Notes: generated by a model not told the origin, from the letters alone. A stretch of DNA of 64,000 bases from an uncultured Gemmatimonadales bacterium (GCA_963798085.1 CAWCRS010000003.1:288001-352000); one strand, 5' to 3'; positions 51,171 through 61,413 are shown, numbered from the stretch's first letter. Made by a program: numbers and translations.

Positions 51171-51991
51171 CGCGTGGCTCCGCTGCCGCCGGAGGGCGTG
51201 CCGGTCACCAGCTGCGCGCCGGGCGTGTAGTTCAGCAGATAGAACTTCGCCGTGGCGATGGAGAGCTTGACGCGCAGGTAGACGATGAGTCGTCGCTCAT
51301 CATCACTGAAGTGCACCTCGGCCTCGCCGCCCTCGGCAAACAGCGCGTTACGGGTCCTGATGATGGGCTGCACCACGATGGTGGGGTACACCTGCTTGCC
51401 GATCTTCAGCGTGTCCTTGCGCAGCACCTTGATGATGACCGGATTGCCGTCGGCCTTGAAGTAGCGGTTGAAGGTGTAGCTCTGGCCGACTTCGAGCGGC
51501 AGGGTGCGCGCGAAATAGAGGAAGGACACATCGTCGAGCGGCTCGGCGGTGGGCAGCTCGCCCTTCTCGTTCTTGTTGTCCTCGCGCTGCCAGCGCATTT
51601 CCTCGGGGAAGAAGCTGGTAATGAAGTGCCGCTTGTACTTCACCTCGTGCTGATTCTGTTCGAAGCGGCGTGACACCAGGCTGGAGACGTCGAGCCAGGA
51701 CTGGAGCAGATCATCGACGCGCGCCAGCGGAATGCCGCCCTTCAGTTTGAAGCTGATGTGATAGGTGGAATGACCATCGACTGTGTCGATGGAACCCACT
51801 TCCATGCGGCCTTCGCCGACAGTGCCGAACACACCCCAGTCGACCCTGTAATTCATGACCTCGCCGGGCCCGAATGGAACCGGTGCGACCGGGAACGAAA
51901 CGGTCTTCGTGGCGGATGACTGCGCCTGAATCGGCGCCGCACTGGCGCCGACCACAGTAGCGGCCGTCAACAACCGAAAGAGCGAGGTCAT
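51167..51991 (-). CDS. DUF3108-family secreted protein
   Basis: Signal peptide; PFGPGEVMNYRV, PLDDVSFLYFARTLPL, FSDDERRLIV. Confidence 0.82.
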   Translation of the reverse strand: MTSLFRLLTAATVVGASAAPIQAQSSATKTVSFPVAPVPFGPGEVMNYRVDWGVFGTVGEGRMEVGSIDTVDGHSTYHISFKLKGGIPLARVDDLLQSWLDVSSLVSRRFEQNQHEVKYKRHFITSFFPEEMRWQREDNKNEKGELPTAEPLDDVSFLYFARTLPLEVGQSYTFNRYFKADGNPVIIKVLRKDTLKIGKQVYPTIVVQPIIRTRNALFAEGGEAEVHFSDDERRLIVYLRVKLSIATAKFYLLNYTPGAQLVTGTPSGGSGATR

Positions 51992-53370
51992 CCAGCGTTT
52001 CCATCGCCTGGGGGAGCGTCTTCCTGTGGTTCCTCCATGGGTGTAGAGGCAGCATCGGTGCCAGGCTGCCTGCGCCCGCCTCGCCGACCCCTGCCGCCTC
52101 GCCGGCCGCGCCGCCTGCGCGTCGGCCGAAGTTGTCCATCTCCCTCTACAACAGGTGTTTGCGCCTGATCAATCGGCACTCCATCCAGGTCGTCGGAGAC
52201 GCCCTGCGGCGCCTCGACCGCGGCTGGCAACGTGACTGCGGCGCCGGCGTCGTCCGCCTGAGCGGACGCCGGCGAAGGCGATTGCGGACGGTCGCCGCGT
52301 GGCCCGCGCTCGCGGCGAGGCCTGCTGTCAGGCCGACGGCGTGGGCTGTTCCGGCGTTGCTGGCCGGGCTCGCCCGGTCCCTCCGGACCGTCGGCCGCTT
52401 CGCCGGCGGCCGCAGGCGCTGGTTTCCGATCCTGGCGCGGACGGCGGCCTGCCTCGCCGGAATTTTCGCCGCGCCGGCGAGGCGGCCGCTCCGGACGCGG
52501 ACGGCGGCGTTCGCCGTTGGCGGGTTGCACGGGAGTTTCCGACTCGTCGTCGCCTTCACTCCGACCATTTCCGGCGGGGCCTTGAAGCGTGGACAGGTCG
52601 CCCACGATTTCGTCGGGCGCGAGCGCGTCCACGGCGAGCATCTCGGCGGGCGCGCCGCCCTTCACGAAGCGACGTACTTCCCGGATCAGGCCAAGCGGGT
52701 CGAAACGGCGCGCACGCTGCGCACGCTCCGGGTGGTGTGTGATGGGCGCGGCCTCGATGCGGCGGGCGTGCGGTGCCGCAGCGCGCAGCAGTGCGGCATT
52801 GGCGGCGGCGCCATCGCATGCGAGCAACCTGCCTCCCTCGAGCGCGTCGATGGCTTTGCGCACGCAGAACACGCGATAGGCGGCGAGAGAGGAGAGCGGG
52901 TCGGCGTCAGGCGGCCATTCGAAACGACGCAGCAGGCGACGAGCCCAGGCGCGCGCGAGGCGCTCGGACAGCCGGGGTCGAGACGCGTCGGTGACCGGTC
53001 CGGCCGGGGCGACGTCGGCACCGGATTCGATGCGACGCAGCAGCGTGGTCGCTTCCTCGGGGTCATCCGTGAAGTCCGCCTGCAGCACGACGATCACGTC
53101 ACGGCGCGGGTAACGCGAGCGGCGCACCGCTTCGCGCAGCAGCATTTCGAGCGTGGCGGCGTACCCGCGGCGTTCGCGATTGCGCATCAGCAGCAGCGGC
53201 AGGACGCGGCGATACGGATCGAGGATTTCGTGCGTGCGGTCAGTCGAGGCGTCGTCGGCAACGAGGATCTGGTAGTCGCGCGGGAACGCGGCCATCACCT
53301 GCCGCAGCTTCCACAGGACGACACCAACGGTTTTTTCCTCGTTATGCGCGGGAATGCAGTAATAGATCAC
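51988..53370 (-). CDS. Family 2 glycosyltransferase with long disordered Arg-rich C-terminal tail
   Basis: IPAHNEE, VADDASTDRT, LQADFTDDP; tail with RRRRGRRGGRGRRGG. Confidence 0.85.
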   Translation of the reverse strand: MIYYCIPAHNEEKTVGVVLWKLRQVMAAFPRDYQILVADDASTDRTHEILDPYRRVLPLLLMRNRERRGYAATLEMLLREAVRRSRYPRRDVIVVLQADFTDDPEEATTLLRRIESGADVAPAGPVTDASRPRLSERLARAWARRLLRRFEWPPDADPLSSLAAYRVFCVRKAIDALEGGRLLACDGAAANAALLRAAAPHARRIEAAPITHHPERAQRARRFDPLGLIREVRRFVKGGAPAEMLAVDALAPDEIVGDLSTLQGPAGNGRSEGDDESETPVQPANGERRRPRPERPPRRRGENSGEAGRRPRQDRKPAPAAAGEAADGPEGPGEPGQQRRNSPRRRPDSRPRRERGPRGDRPQSPSPASAQADDAGAAVTLPAAVEAPQGVSDDLDGVPIDQAQTPVVEGDGQLRPTRRRRGRRGGRGRRGGRRQPGTDAASTPMEEPQEDAPPGDGNAG

Positions 53371-53474
53371 CGGCTCGTGGATCCGTTCCTGTCAGGAGGT
53401 GTGTGAGCGGGATGGGGTCGCGCACAACGTACGAGCGGACGGCCCGTTATCAAGCCCGCGCAAGGCTGGGACTG

Positions 53475-54398
53475 CTACCCCGCGGCGGCGGGGGGCGTTT
53501 CGCCGGGTGGCGGCTTCGTTTTCCAGCGGCGGTGGTGCCAGAAGTACTGCTCGGGCGCGGAGCGCACGGCCTGTTCCAGCGCCTGGCTGTAAGCCGCAGT
53601 CAGGCGCCATACCGCGGCGTCGGTTTCGCCCTCGCGGTCACTCTCGAGCAGCGAGATGCGTACGTGCAGGCGGCCATCGGGCTGACGCAACGGCACCATC
53701 ATGGCGGCGATGGCGCCGGCGCGCAGTGCGAGCAGCGCGGGCCCGCGCGGCGTTGAGGTCAGCGTCCCGAAGAACGGCACGAACGCGCCCGCGTCGCGCG
53801 CATCCTGATCGGCGAGGAATCCGACGACGCGGTTGTCGCGCAGCGCGTTCAGTGTCAGGCGCGTGGCTTCGTGGCGGTCGAACAGGCCGATACCCAGGCT
53901 TTCGCGGTTGCGGGCAACGTCGCGATCGAACAGCGGGTTACCGAGCCTGCGCACGACGAAGTCGAGCGGCGCCTGCAATGCGATGACGCCTGCGCCCAGC
54001 TCCCAGTTGCCGAGGTGGCCGCCGAAGAGCACGACGCCGCGGCCACGCTCGAGACCCCGGTGCAGCACCTCGAATCCTTCCCACGTGGCGTTGGCGACAA
54101 TCGCGTCGCGGCCGCGCGGCGTGAAGCGGATGGTGGCGAGCGCTTCCCGCACAAGGTGCGCATAGGCGCCGGCCGCTGTCTGCCGGATCCAGGCGGCGTC
54201 TGCTGCGGGGAAGGCGCGGCGCAGATTGGCTTCGACGACATTGCGGCGCAGGCGGAGCGCGTGGTACGCGAAGCGACCGAGCCGGCCGCTGAAGCTCGCC
54301 GCACCGCGATCCGACAGACCGGATACCGCGCGGATGGCGGCGTTGAAGAGCGCGTACTCGGCGCGGTGTGCGAACCTCGGCGGACGGCTGCCGCTCAC
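53475..54398 (-). CDS. Lipid A late acyltransferase (LpxL/HtrB family)
   Basis: GHLGNWE, FLADQDA, FVPFFG, PEQYFWHHRRWK. Confidence 0.93.
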   Translation of the reverse strand: MSGSRPPRFAHRAEYALFNAAIRAVSGLSDRGAASFSGRLGRFAYHALRLRRNVVEANLRRAFPAADAAWIRQTAAGAYAHLVREALATIRFTPRGRDAIVANATWEGFEVLHRGLERGRGVVLFGGHLGNWELGAGVIALQAPLDFVVRRLGNPLFDRDVARNRESLGIGLFDRHEATRLTLNALRDNRVVGFLADQDARDAGAFVPFFGTLTSTPRGPALLALRAGAIAAMMVPLRQPDGRLHVRISLLESDREGETDAAVWRLTAAYSQALEQAVRSAPEQYFWHHRRWKTKPPPGETPPAAAG

Positions 54399-55459
54399 GG
54401 TCGGGCCAGCAGCTCGTGGTAGAGGGCCACGGTGCGACTGGTGGCGCCCTGGATGCGGAAGTCCTCGAGCCGGACGCGCTGCGCCAGGATCATGCGCTCC
54501 CTTAACTCCGGGTTATCGCACACGCGGCGCACCGCCGCGGCCAGTCCCGCGGCATCATCGGGCGGGACCAGGCTGCAGCCGGTCTGCTCGTGCACCGGTC
54601 CCAGCACCTCGCCGGGGCCGGCATCGGCGAAGGCAATGACGGGCACGTCCAGCGCCATGGCATCGAGGATGCTCGTGCCCAGGCCCTCGCCCTTCGAAGT
54701 GAAGATGAACACGTCGAACTCGCGGATGTAGAGCCGGGCATCCGACGCCGCGCCCGCCAGCCTCATGTTGACACCCACGCCGTGCGCGGCGATGGCCGCT
54801 TCTATGACGGGCCGCTCCGGCCCATCGCCGATGATGGTCCATATGATGCGGCGTTCATGCGCCGCCGCGCGCGGAATGATCTTCTGGTTCTTGAACTCGA
54901 ACAGTGCGCCGACGTTGCCGGCGACGAAGGTGTCGGCGGGAATCGCGAGGCGATCGCGCAGGCCCGGTGAAGCCAGTGGCAGGCTGCGCACTTCATCGAT
55001 GTCGATGCCGTCGGGGATGACGCGAATGCGGGCCTCGTCGACCGCGCACTCGAGCAGGCGCCGCTTCACGGCTTCGGTAATGGCGATGACGCGGGTGGCG
55101 CGGTTCCAGACGCGTGGCCGGGCGCGGAAATGCACGCGGCGCGTGGCCACGACGGGCTTGCGCCGCAGACGCGCCGGCAGCAGTGAGAGCTGCAGCGCGT
55201 GGCCGTCGTGACAGTGCACGATGTCCGCGGTCTTTGCCTGACGATACACGGCTCTGCTGACACGGAAGTCAGCGCCACCTTCCCAGCGCACGGTCTGCAC
55301 GGGCAGGCCTTCCGCATTGAGGCGTACGGACAGCGGGCTGCCGGCGGGACACAGGCAGACCTGCTCGACGCTGTACCCGGCCAGCTCGCGCATCAGCAGG
55401 CGAACCTGGTTCTGGCCGCCGCCCCAGCGGCCGGATCCGTCGACGTGGAGGACTAGCAT
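54395..55459 (-). CDS. Family 4 glycosyltransferase
   Basis: HVDGSGRWGGGQNQ, IVHCHD, TRRV, EGLGTSILDAMA. Confidence 0.92.
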   Translation of the reverse strand: MLVLHVDGSGRWGGGQNQVRLLMRELAGYSVEQVCLCPAGSPLSVRLNAEGLPVQTVRWEGGADFRVSRAVYRQAKTADIVHCHDGHALQLSLLPARLRRKPVVATRRVHFRARPRVWNRATRVIAITEAVKRRLLECAVDEARIRVIPDGIDIDEVRSLPLASPGLRDRLAIPADTFVAGNVGALFEFKNQKIIPRAAAHERRIIWTIIGDGPERPVIEAAIAAHGVGVNMRLAGAASDARLYIREFDVFIFTSKGEGLGTSILDAMALDVPVIAFADAGPGEVLGPVHEQTGCSLVPPDDAAGLAAAVRRVCDNPELRERMILAQRVRLEDFRIQGATSRTVALYHELLARP

Positions 55460-56616
55460 CGCGGGCCGGGGCTCGGGCTCGGGCTGGGAACGGACAGGGA
55501 ATTCCGATCCTGGCCAGGTGGTTGATATGTAACTGTTAGTGCGTCCCTTGCCTTCTCCAGGACCTCTTCGGCGGTGATGGTTTCCATGCGGCCGTGTTTC
55601 GGGTCGAAGCGGGATGGATCGGGCGACGCACCTTCGTCCGTGTACCGGTCGATCCAGAGGTCCTGGTAGCGATGCCAGGGTCCGACTCGCCATGGGTTGG
55701 TGTGGCCGTAGAGCCCGACGACAGGGATCTCGAGGGCACGCGCAATGTGCACAGGCCCGGTGTCGGGTGCGATGAGCACGCGGCTGGCGCGGATCAGGCA
55801 GAGCAGCCTGCGGATGCCATCGCCGAGGGCATTGACCACGGGCGTGCGTGCGCGCTGCACGATCATTTGCGCGACAGCGGTCTCGCGTGCGCCCGGTCCG
55901 CCGAGCAGCACAGGCTGGAGACCCAGCTCGTCGTACATGCGCTCGACCAGCGGCACATACCGTTCCGGCACCCAGTCCTTCTTCGGATTCGCGGACGCGG
56001 GCACGACGCCGGCGATGGGCCGATCGATGTCGTGCAGCAGCCTTGCGACTTCGGGCGCGAGCTCGCGCGCGGCGGCATCGAGTCGCCACTCGACGGGCTC
56101 GGCGGGCACGCCCAGGTGCGCGAGGAATTCCAGGAACATGTCCATGGTGTGGGCGCGCGGACGGGCGGGCACGTGTTCGTTGCAGAACAGCGCGACGCCG
56201 TCGCGCGTGCGTGCCCGGTCGAACCCGAGCCGGCGACGCGCGGGTGCGAGCACGGTGGGAAACACGCTCTTTAAGTAGACATTGAGATTGAGCGTGAGGT
56301 CGGGCCGCGGCGCAGCGCGCAGCGCGGCGCGCAGCGCGTGCACACCCCGCCAGCCCTCGCGTTTGTGGAAGACGACCACGCGATCGATGGCCGGGTGTCC
56401 CTCGAGGATGCCCGCGGGCATGGGTTCGACGACCCAGGTAATGCGGCAATCCGGCCGTGCGCGTTTCAGTGCGCAGGCGAGGGGCAGGCCGTGGACGACA
56501 TCGCCGAGTCCGGTGAGCAATACGATCCGGATATTACGGATGCCGGGAAGCAGGCCGCCGGGACCGGGAGCCGGACGGGAGACGTCGCCCGAACGATTCG
56601 TTAGCCGTGCGTCCAT
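55453..56616 (-). CDS. Family 9 glycosyltransferase (LPS heptosyltransferase-like)
   Basis: LGDVVHGLP, ITWVVE, PDTGPVHIARAL, GLYGHTNP; 3' end runs through a hexamer repeat and may be shorter. Confidence 0.9.
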   Translation of the reverse strand: MDARLTNRSGDVSRPAPGPGGLLPGIRNIRIVLLTGLGDVVHGLPLACALKRARPDCRITWVVEPMPAGILEGHPAIDRVVVFHKREGWRGVHALRAALRAAPRPDLTLNLNVYLKSVFPTVLAPARRRLGFDRARTRDGVALFCNEHVPARPRAHTMDMFLEFLAHLGVPAEPVEWRLDAAARELAPEVARLLHDIDRPIAGVVPASANPKKDWVPERYVPLVERMYDELGLQPVLLGGPGARETAVAQMIVQRARTPVVNALGDGIRRLLCLIRASRVLIAPDTGPVHIARALEIPVVGLYGHTNPWRVGPWHRYQDLWIDRYTDEGASPDPSRFDPKHGRMETITAEEVLEKARDALTVTYQPPGQDRNSLSVPSPSPSPGPRC

Positions 56617-56633
56617 GAGCGCGAGACAGTGGG

Positions 56634-58514
56634 TTACGCGGGCCCGGCGGCGGGCGTCGCGTCGCTCAGCTGGAACTGCAGGCGATAGAGGTGCGCGTAG
56701 AGGCCGTCCTGCGTGAGGAGGGAGTCGTGACTGCCCTGCTGCACGACGCGGCCCTCATCGAGGACGAGGATGCGATCGGCGTGGCGGATGGTGGACAGGC
56801 GATGCGCGATGACGAAGACGGTGCGGCCCGTGAGCAGCCGCTCGATGGCTTCCTGCACGAGCCGTTCGGATTCCGAGTCGAGCGCGGACGTGGCTTCGTC
56901 GAACACCAGGATGGGCGGATCGCGCAGGATGGCCCGGGCAATGGCGATGCGCTGGCGCTGTCCGCCGGACAGGCGGGTGGCGCGTTCTCCTAACAGCGTG
57001 TCATAGCCCTGCGGCAGCCGGCTGATGAATTCGTGGGCATTGGCGGCCCTGGCCGCGCGCTCGACCGCTTCGAACGAGGAGCCGGGCAGGGCATAGGCGA
57101 TATTGCTGCGCACCGTGTCGTGGAACAGCACCGTCTCCTGCGTGACGATGCCGAAGCCGCTGCGCAGGGAGCGGGCGGAGAAGGTGCGCAGGTCGTCGCC
57201 ATCGATGGTGATGCGACCGGCGGTGGGGTCGTAGAAGCGCGCGACCAGATCGACGAGCGTGGTCTTGCCGGCGCCGCTGGGTCCGACGAGCGCCACGACC
57301 TCACCGGGTCGCACTTCGAACGACACGTGTTCCAGAACATCCTCGCCGGGCACGTAGGCGAAGCTGACATCATCGAAGCGGATGGCGTTGCGGAAGCCGG
57401 TGAAGCGCCGCGCATCGGGCGGATCTTCCATCTCGATGGGCGTGTCGACGAATTCGTAGACGCGTTCCGCGGCCACCAGGCCGGGCTGCACCATGGACGG
57501 GAATTTGGCCAGCCATTTCGCGGGCGAGTACATCTTGAGGCTGTAGCTGAGCAGCAGGATGAAGTTGACGCCGGAGACCTCGGGCGGCGTGGCCAGCACG
57601 AGGCGGGCGCCGTACCAGAGCAGCAGGACCGTGCCCAGTGAGCCGAGCGTTTCGGCGAGGGGTCCGGCGAGCGCGCGCACGTGCTCGTTGCGCACCACGG
57701 CGCGGTAGTACGCGCCGGTCAGGGCGTGGAAGCGACCCCCTTCGAACGGCTCCGCGGCCGCGGCCTTGACCTGGCGGATGCCGCTGACGGTCTCCTGCAA
57801 ATGCGATGTTACCTCGCCGCCCAGATAGAGAATGCGGTGGTCGCCGCGACGCAGTCTCGCTAACAGTCCCTTCCAGATGCCGAACATGGCAGGCAGCACG
57901 ACCGCGGCGGCCAGCGTCAGGCGCACGGACACGAGCAGCATGAGCGTCAGTGCGAGGCTGATCTGGAGCACGGAAGTGACGAGCGTGGCGACATTGCGGG
58001 TGACGAGGGTGCGCAGCTGCTCAATGTCGCCGGTGAGGCGGGCGATGATCTGGCCCGCCTTGGTGCGGCCGAAGAAGCGCAGGTCCAGCTCGAGCAGGTG
58101 ATCGTAGACACGGTTGCGCAGGTCACGCATGACGGACTGCTCGAGGCGCACCACCAGCACGGTCTGCAGGTAGTCGAAGACGTTCTTGATCAGGAACACC
58201 ACGAACATGAATACGACAATGACGGGCAGAATGCGCGCGGGCGGCAATGTGAGATCGATGATGCGGCCCACCGTGGCGTGCAGCAGGCGATCCATGCCGC
58301 TGATGGCGCCGCTGCCGGTATCGCCCGTGAGCGCGCGCAGGAAGGGCACGATCATGACGAAGGAGAAGGCGTCGAAGGCGGCGAAGCCCAGTGTGGCCAG
58401 CGTCGCCCCCAGCAGCAGCCAGCCGTAGGGTCGCAGCAGGCCGAGCACGCGCAGGTATAACGTGCTATTACGGATGGCGGGCGGGCGGCCGCCGCTGGCG
58501 TCGATGGTGCTCAT
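56634..58514 (-). CDS. msbA: MsbA-like ABC exporter
   Basis: TM domain plus GPSGAGKTT, LSGGQRQRIAIARA, DEATSALD, AHRLST; lipid A gene context. Confidence 0.8.
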   Translation of the reverse strand: MSTIDASGGRPPAIRNSTLYLRVLGLLRPYGWLLLGATLATLGFAAFDAFSFVMIVPFLRALTGDTGSGAISGMDRLLHATVGRIIDLTLPPARILPVIVVFMFVVFLIKNVFDYLQTVLVVRLEQSVMRDLRNRVYDHLLELDLRFFGRTKAGQIIARLTGDIEQLRTLVTRNVATLVTSVLQISLALTLMLLVSVRLTLAAAVVLPAMFGIWKGLLARLRRGDHRILYLGGEVTSHLQETVSGIRQVKAAAAEPFEGGRFHALTGAYYRAVVRNEHVRALAGPLAETLGSLGTVLLLWYGARLVLATPPEVSGVNFILLLSYSLKMYSPAKWLAKFPSMVQPGLVAAERVYEFVDTPIEMEDPPDARRFTGFRNAIRFDDVSFAYVPGEDVLEHVSFEVRPGEVVALVGPSGAGKTTLVDLVARFYDPTAGRITIDGDDLRTFSARSLRSGFGIVTQETVLFHDTVRSNIAYALPGSSFEAVERAARAANAHEFISRLPQGYDTLLGERATRLSGGQRQRIAIARAILRDPPILVFDEATSALDSESERLVQEAIERLLTGRTVFVIAHRLSTIRHADRILVLDEGRVVQQGSHDSLLTQDGLYAHLYRLQFQLSDATPAAGPA

Positions 58515-60076
58515 CGTCCGGCGCGCGGCGTGAGGGTGGCGACCGGCAGGATCATCTCCTCGGGGCTGACGCCGCCGTGCAGGAACGAGCCGCGATACCT
58601 CGCCTGGTACTCGCGCAGCTTGGTGGGATAGACGAAAAAGAAGTCCTCGAGCGCGACCAGGTAGTTGGTGGCGCGGTGGCCGCGCGGGAAGCGCAGGTCC
58701 GCCTCATCGCGCACGCTGTACACCGCGCCGGGATCACCCGCACGCAGGTCCAGGCCGAACTTGTAGCGCAGGTTGTTGGTCGCGTCCTTGCGCGCGTAGA
58801 TGGTAACAGGCCGTTCGCAGAGGATGGAGCCGTGATCGGTGGTGAGAATCACGGTGATACCGCGGGCCGCCGCCTCGCGCAGGATGCGGTAGGCGGAGCT
58901 GCCCTGGAACCACTGCACCGTCAAGGCGCGCAGCGCGGGCACATCGCGCGCGACCTCCAGCAGGATGGCGGACTCGCTGCGGCCGTGGGTGAGCAGGTCC
59001 ACGAAGTTGTAGACCACGGCGATGACGCCCTGGCCGCCGAGCGCGCCGCGCACCCGTCCGACCAGCTCTTCGCTGTCGGCGTCGGTGAATACCTTCTCGT
59101 AATAGACGGGCACGTCGTGACCCGTGAGGCGGCGCAGCTGTTCGCGCAGCAGCTGGTCCTCGAACGCGTTCAGGCTGCCTTCTTCCGTACCCCACCAGCC
59201 GGGATGCCGGCGGGCAATGGCATCGGGCCAGGTGCCACCGAAAATGGCGTTGCGTGAGTAGGGCGTGGCGGTGGGCAGGATGCTCGCGTACAGCTCTTCC
59301 TCGATATCGAAGTCGTTGGCCAGCAGCGACCGGATCATGCGCCACTGGTCGAGGCGCATGCAGTCGATGAGGAGGAACAGGACCGTGCCCTCCTCCAGGC
59401 GAGGCAGCAGATTGCGGGCGATGAGGTCGGTGGAGAGCGGGGGCGCGTCCTGGTCGCGGCCGCTGGTCCAGCCCGCGTAATGGCGAGTTATGTAGGCGCC
59501 GTACTGGCGGCGCACTTCGGCCTGCAGCTGGGTGACGGAATCGACCAGGCCCGGCTCGCCGGCCTCGAACAGGCGCAACTCCCACTCGACCAGCTCGTTG
59601 TACAGCGCGAAGAAGTGCTGCCAGTGGTCGGCCTCGTCGCGCATCAGGGTGAGCTGGCGCCAGCGCGCGGCGAAGTCCTGGGTCACGCGCTGCTGGCGCA
59701 GCTGCGGGCCCTCGAGCAGGCGGGTGACGACGGAGAGGACCTGGCGCGGGCTGGCGGGTTTCACGAGGTATTCGTCGACGCGGCGGCCGATGGCCTCGAC
59801 CATGGTGCGGTCCTCTTCGGACTTGGTGACCATGACGACGCGCGCGTTGGGCTCTTCGCGGCGCAGCTCGCCGAGGATGTCGAGGCCGCGGCGGCCGGGC
59901 ATCTGCTCGTCGAGGAGGACGAGGTCATAACTCTGGCCGCGAGCCAGCTCGAGCGCGTCGTCCCCGTTGGTGGTAGTGTCCACGAGGTAGCCGCGCTGGC
60001 GGAGGAAGAGGAGGTGAGGCTCGAAGAGCTCGACCTCGTCATCGATCCAGAGAATGCGTTTCGCGGACGGGTGCAT
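58511..60076 (-). CDS. PorX-like response regulator (REC plus PglZ alkaline-phosphatase-superfamily domain)
   Basis: ILWIDDE, LLDEQMPG, TKSEE; IDCMRLDQW, LPTATPYSRNAIF, FVDLLTH, TTDHG, FLHGGVSPEEM. Confidence 0.92.
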   Translation of the reverse strand: MHPSAKRILWIDDEVELFEPHLLFLRQRGYLVDTTTNGDDALELARGQSYDLVLLDEQMPGRRGLDILGELRREEPNARVVMVTKSEEDRTMVEAIGRRVDEYLVKPASPRQVLSVVTRLLEGPQLRQQRVTQDFAARWRQLTLMRDEADHWQHFFALYNELVEWELRLFEAGEPGLVDSVTQLQAEVRRQYGAYITRHYAGWTSGRDQDAPPLSTDLIARNLLPRLEEGTVLFLLIDCMRLDQWRMIRSLLANDFDIEEELYASILPTATPYSRNAIFGGTWPDAIARRHPGWWGTEEGSLNAFEDQLLREQLRRLTGHDVPVYYEKVFTDADSEELVGRVRGALGGQGVIAVVYNFVDLLTHGRSESAILLEVARDVPALRALTVQWFQGSSAYRILREAAARGITVILTTDHGSILCERPVTIYARKDATNNLRYKFGLDLRAGDPGAVYSVRDEADLRFPRGHRATNYLVALEDFFFVYPTKLREYQARYRGSFLHGGVSPEEMILPVATLTPRAGR

Positions 60077-60102
60077 TGAGGGGGTATACCCCGGTGGTTC
60101 CC

Positions 60103-60373
60103 CGGACCGTCTTGGCGTTCTTGGGTTTGCCACCAGCGGCTATCTGCCCGGGGACAGCTTGTCTCTGACGGCGCATGGGAGCGACCCAACCGCCCATGGA
60201 ACTACCCGCGGCCTGCGCTAGAGTGGAGGCGGTAAGGGAGGAATCCAGGTGTCGGCATGGCCGGAGATGCCTGGAAATGGCCCTCGGATAGCGGGATGTT
60301 GCAGGGAGAGCGCCGGTTCCACGCAGATTCCATTGCTCGATGGAGCAGAAGGAAAGAACGCCAAGACGGTCCG
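60103..60373. repeat. 271-bp element bounded by perfect 20-bp inverted repeats, same ends as 49805-49946
   Basis: CGGACCGTCTTGGCGTTCTT (60103-60122) and AAGAACGCCAAGACGGTCCG (60354-60373); 60348-60373 is the exact reverse complement of 49805-49830. Confidence 0.8.
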
Positions 60374-60377
60374 ACGG

Positions 60378-61413
60378 TCAGCCCACCACCTCCCCTACCT
60401 TCTTCAGCACTGCCGCCACCGTCACCCGTGACATGCCCTCCGCGCGGTGCTGCCAGTTCAGCGCGTATTCCTCACCGGGGTAGCGGGCATATCCGTCCAC
60501 GATGAGGTCCGTGAATTTGCGGTAGGGTCCGTAGCGTTTCGGGTTGGTGAAGCCGTACAGGCCGATGACGGGCACGTCCAGCGCGCGCGCGATGTGCAGC
60601 GGACCGGTGTCGGGGCTGATGACGAGGCGGCTGCCGGCGAGCAGCCAGACCAGGCGGCGCACGTCGTCGCCGAGGGCATTCACCGGATGCGCGCGCGTGA
60701 GCGACAGGATGCGCGCGGCCGCTTCCTGCTCGATCGGGCGCAGGGCCGCCGACCAGCACGGGCTGGAGTCCGAAGTCCTGCTCCAGGTGCTCGAGCAGCG
60801 TGGCATAGTGTTCGGGGGCCCAGTTCTTCTGCGGCCGGCTGGTGGCGACGACCACTGCGCACGCGGGTCGATCGAGCTTCTCGAAGAAGGCCTGCTGTGC
60901 GGCGCGCTCCGACTCCGTGATGGGCAGCTGCCAGGTGACGGGGTCGGGACTCACGCCGAGGTAGTCGAGGAACTCGAAGTACTGGTCCTGGACGTGGCCG
61001 ATGGGGCGGCGGGGAATGCGGTGCGTGGTAAACACCCAGTTAAGGTCGCGGGCGCGCGCGCGATCGAAGCCCAGCTTGATGCGCGCGGGTGCGAGCGCGG
61101 TAATGAGGCCCGCCTTGAGGTAGACCTGGAGCGAGAGCAGGACATCGAAGCGTCGCCCCCGGAAAGTCTCACCCAGCTGCGCGTAGGAGCGCCACGCATT
61201 CGCGCCTCGCCGGCGGCGGAAGACGATGAACTCGTCGATCGCGGCGTGTCCCTGCACGAGCGTATGCGGCACGGGCTGGATGACCCAGCTGATGCGCGTG
61301 CCGGGCCAGGCGCGGCGCAGCGCATTGGCGACGGGGAGCACATGCACGGCGTCGCCCAGTGCGCTCAGCATCACGATCAGGATGGATTCGGGCTGCCGCA
61401 TGGGCTCAGACAT
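60378..61413 (-). CDS. Family 9 glycosyltransferase, second paralog, frameshift near 60745
   Basis: SALGDAVHVLP, LGFDRARARD, QKNW; continues as ISPDTGPLHIARAL..GLYGFTNP in ORF 60378..60806. Confidence 0.9.

Noticed and set aside
54395..56449. 684-aa glycosyltransferase fusion
   Set aside because: The N-terminal half is an alternative frame over the GT9 gene; GT4 motifs begin at 55459
58511..60076. BREX defence system because of the PglZ domain
   Set aside because: Architecture is REC-PglZ (PorX type); no brxC, pglX or brxL nearby
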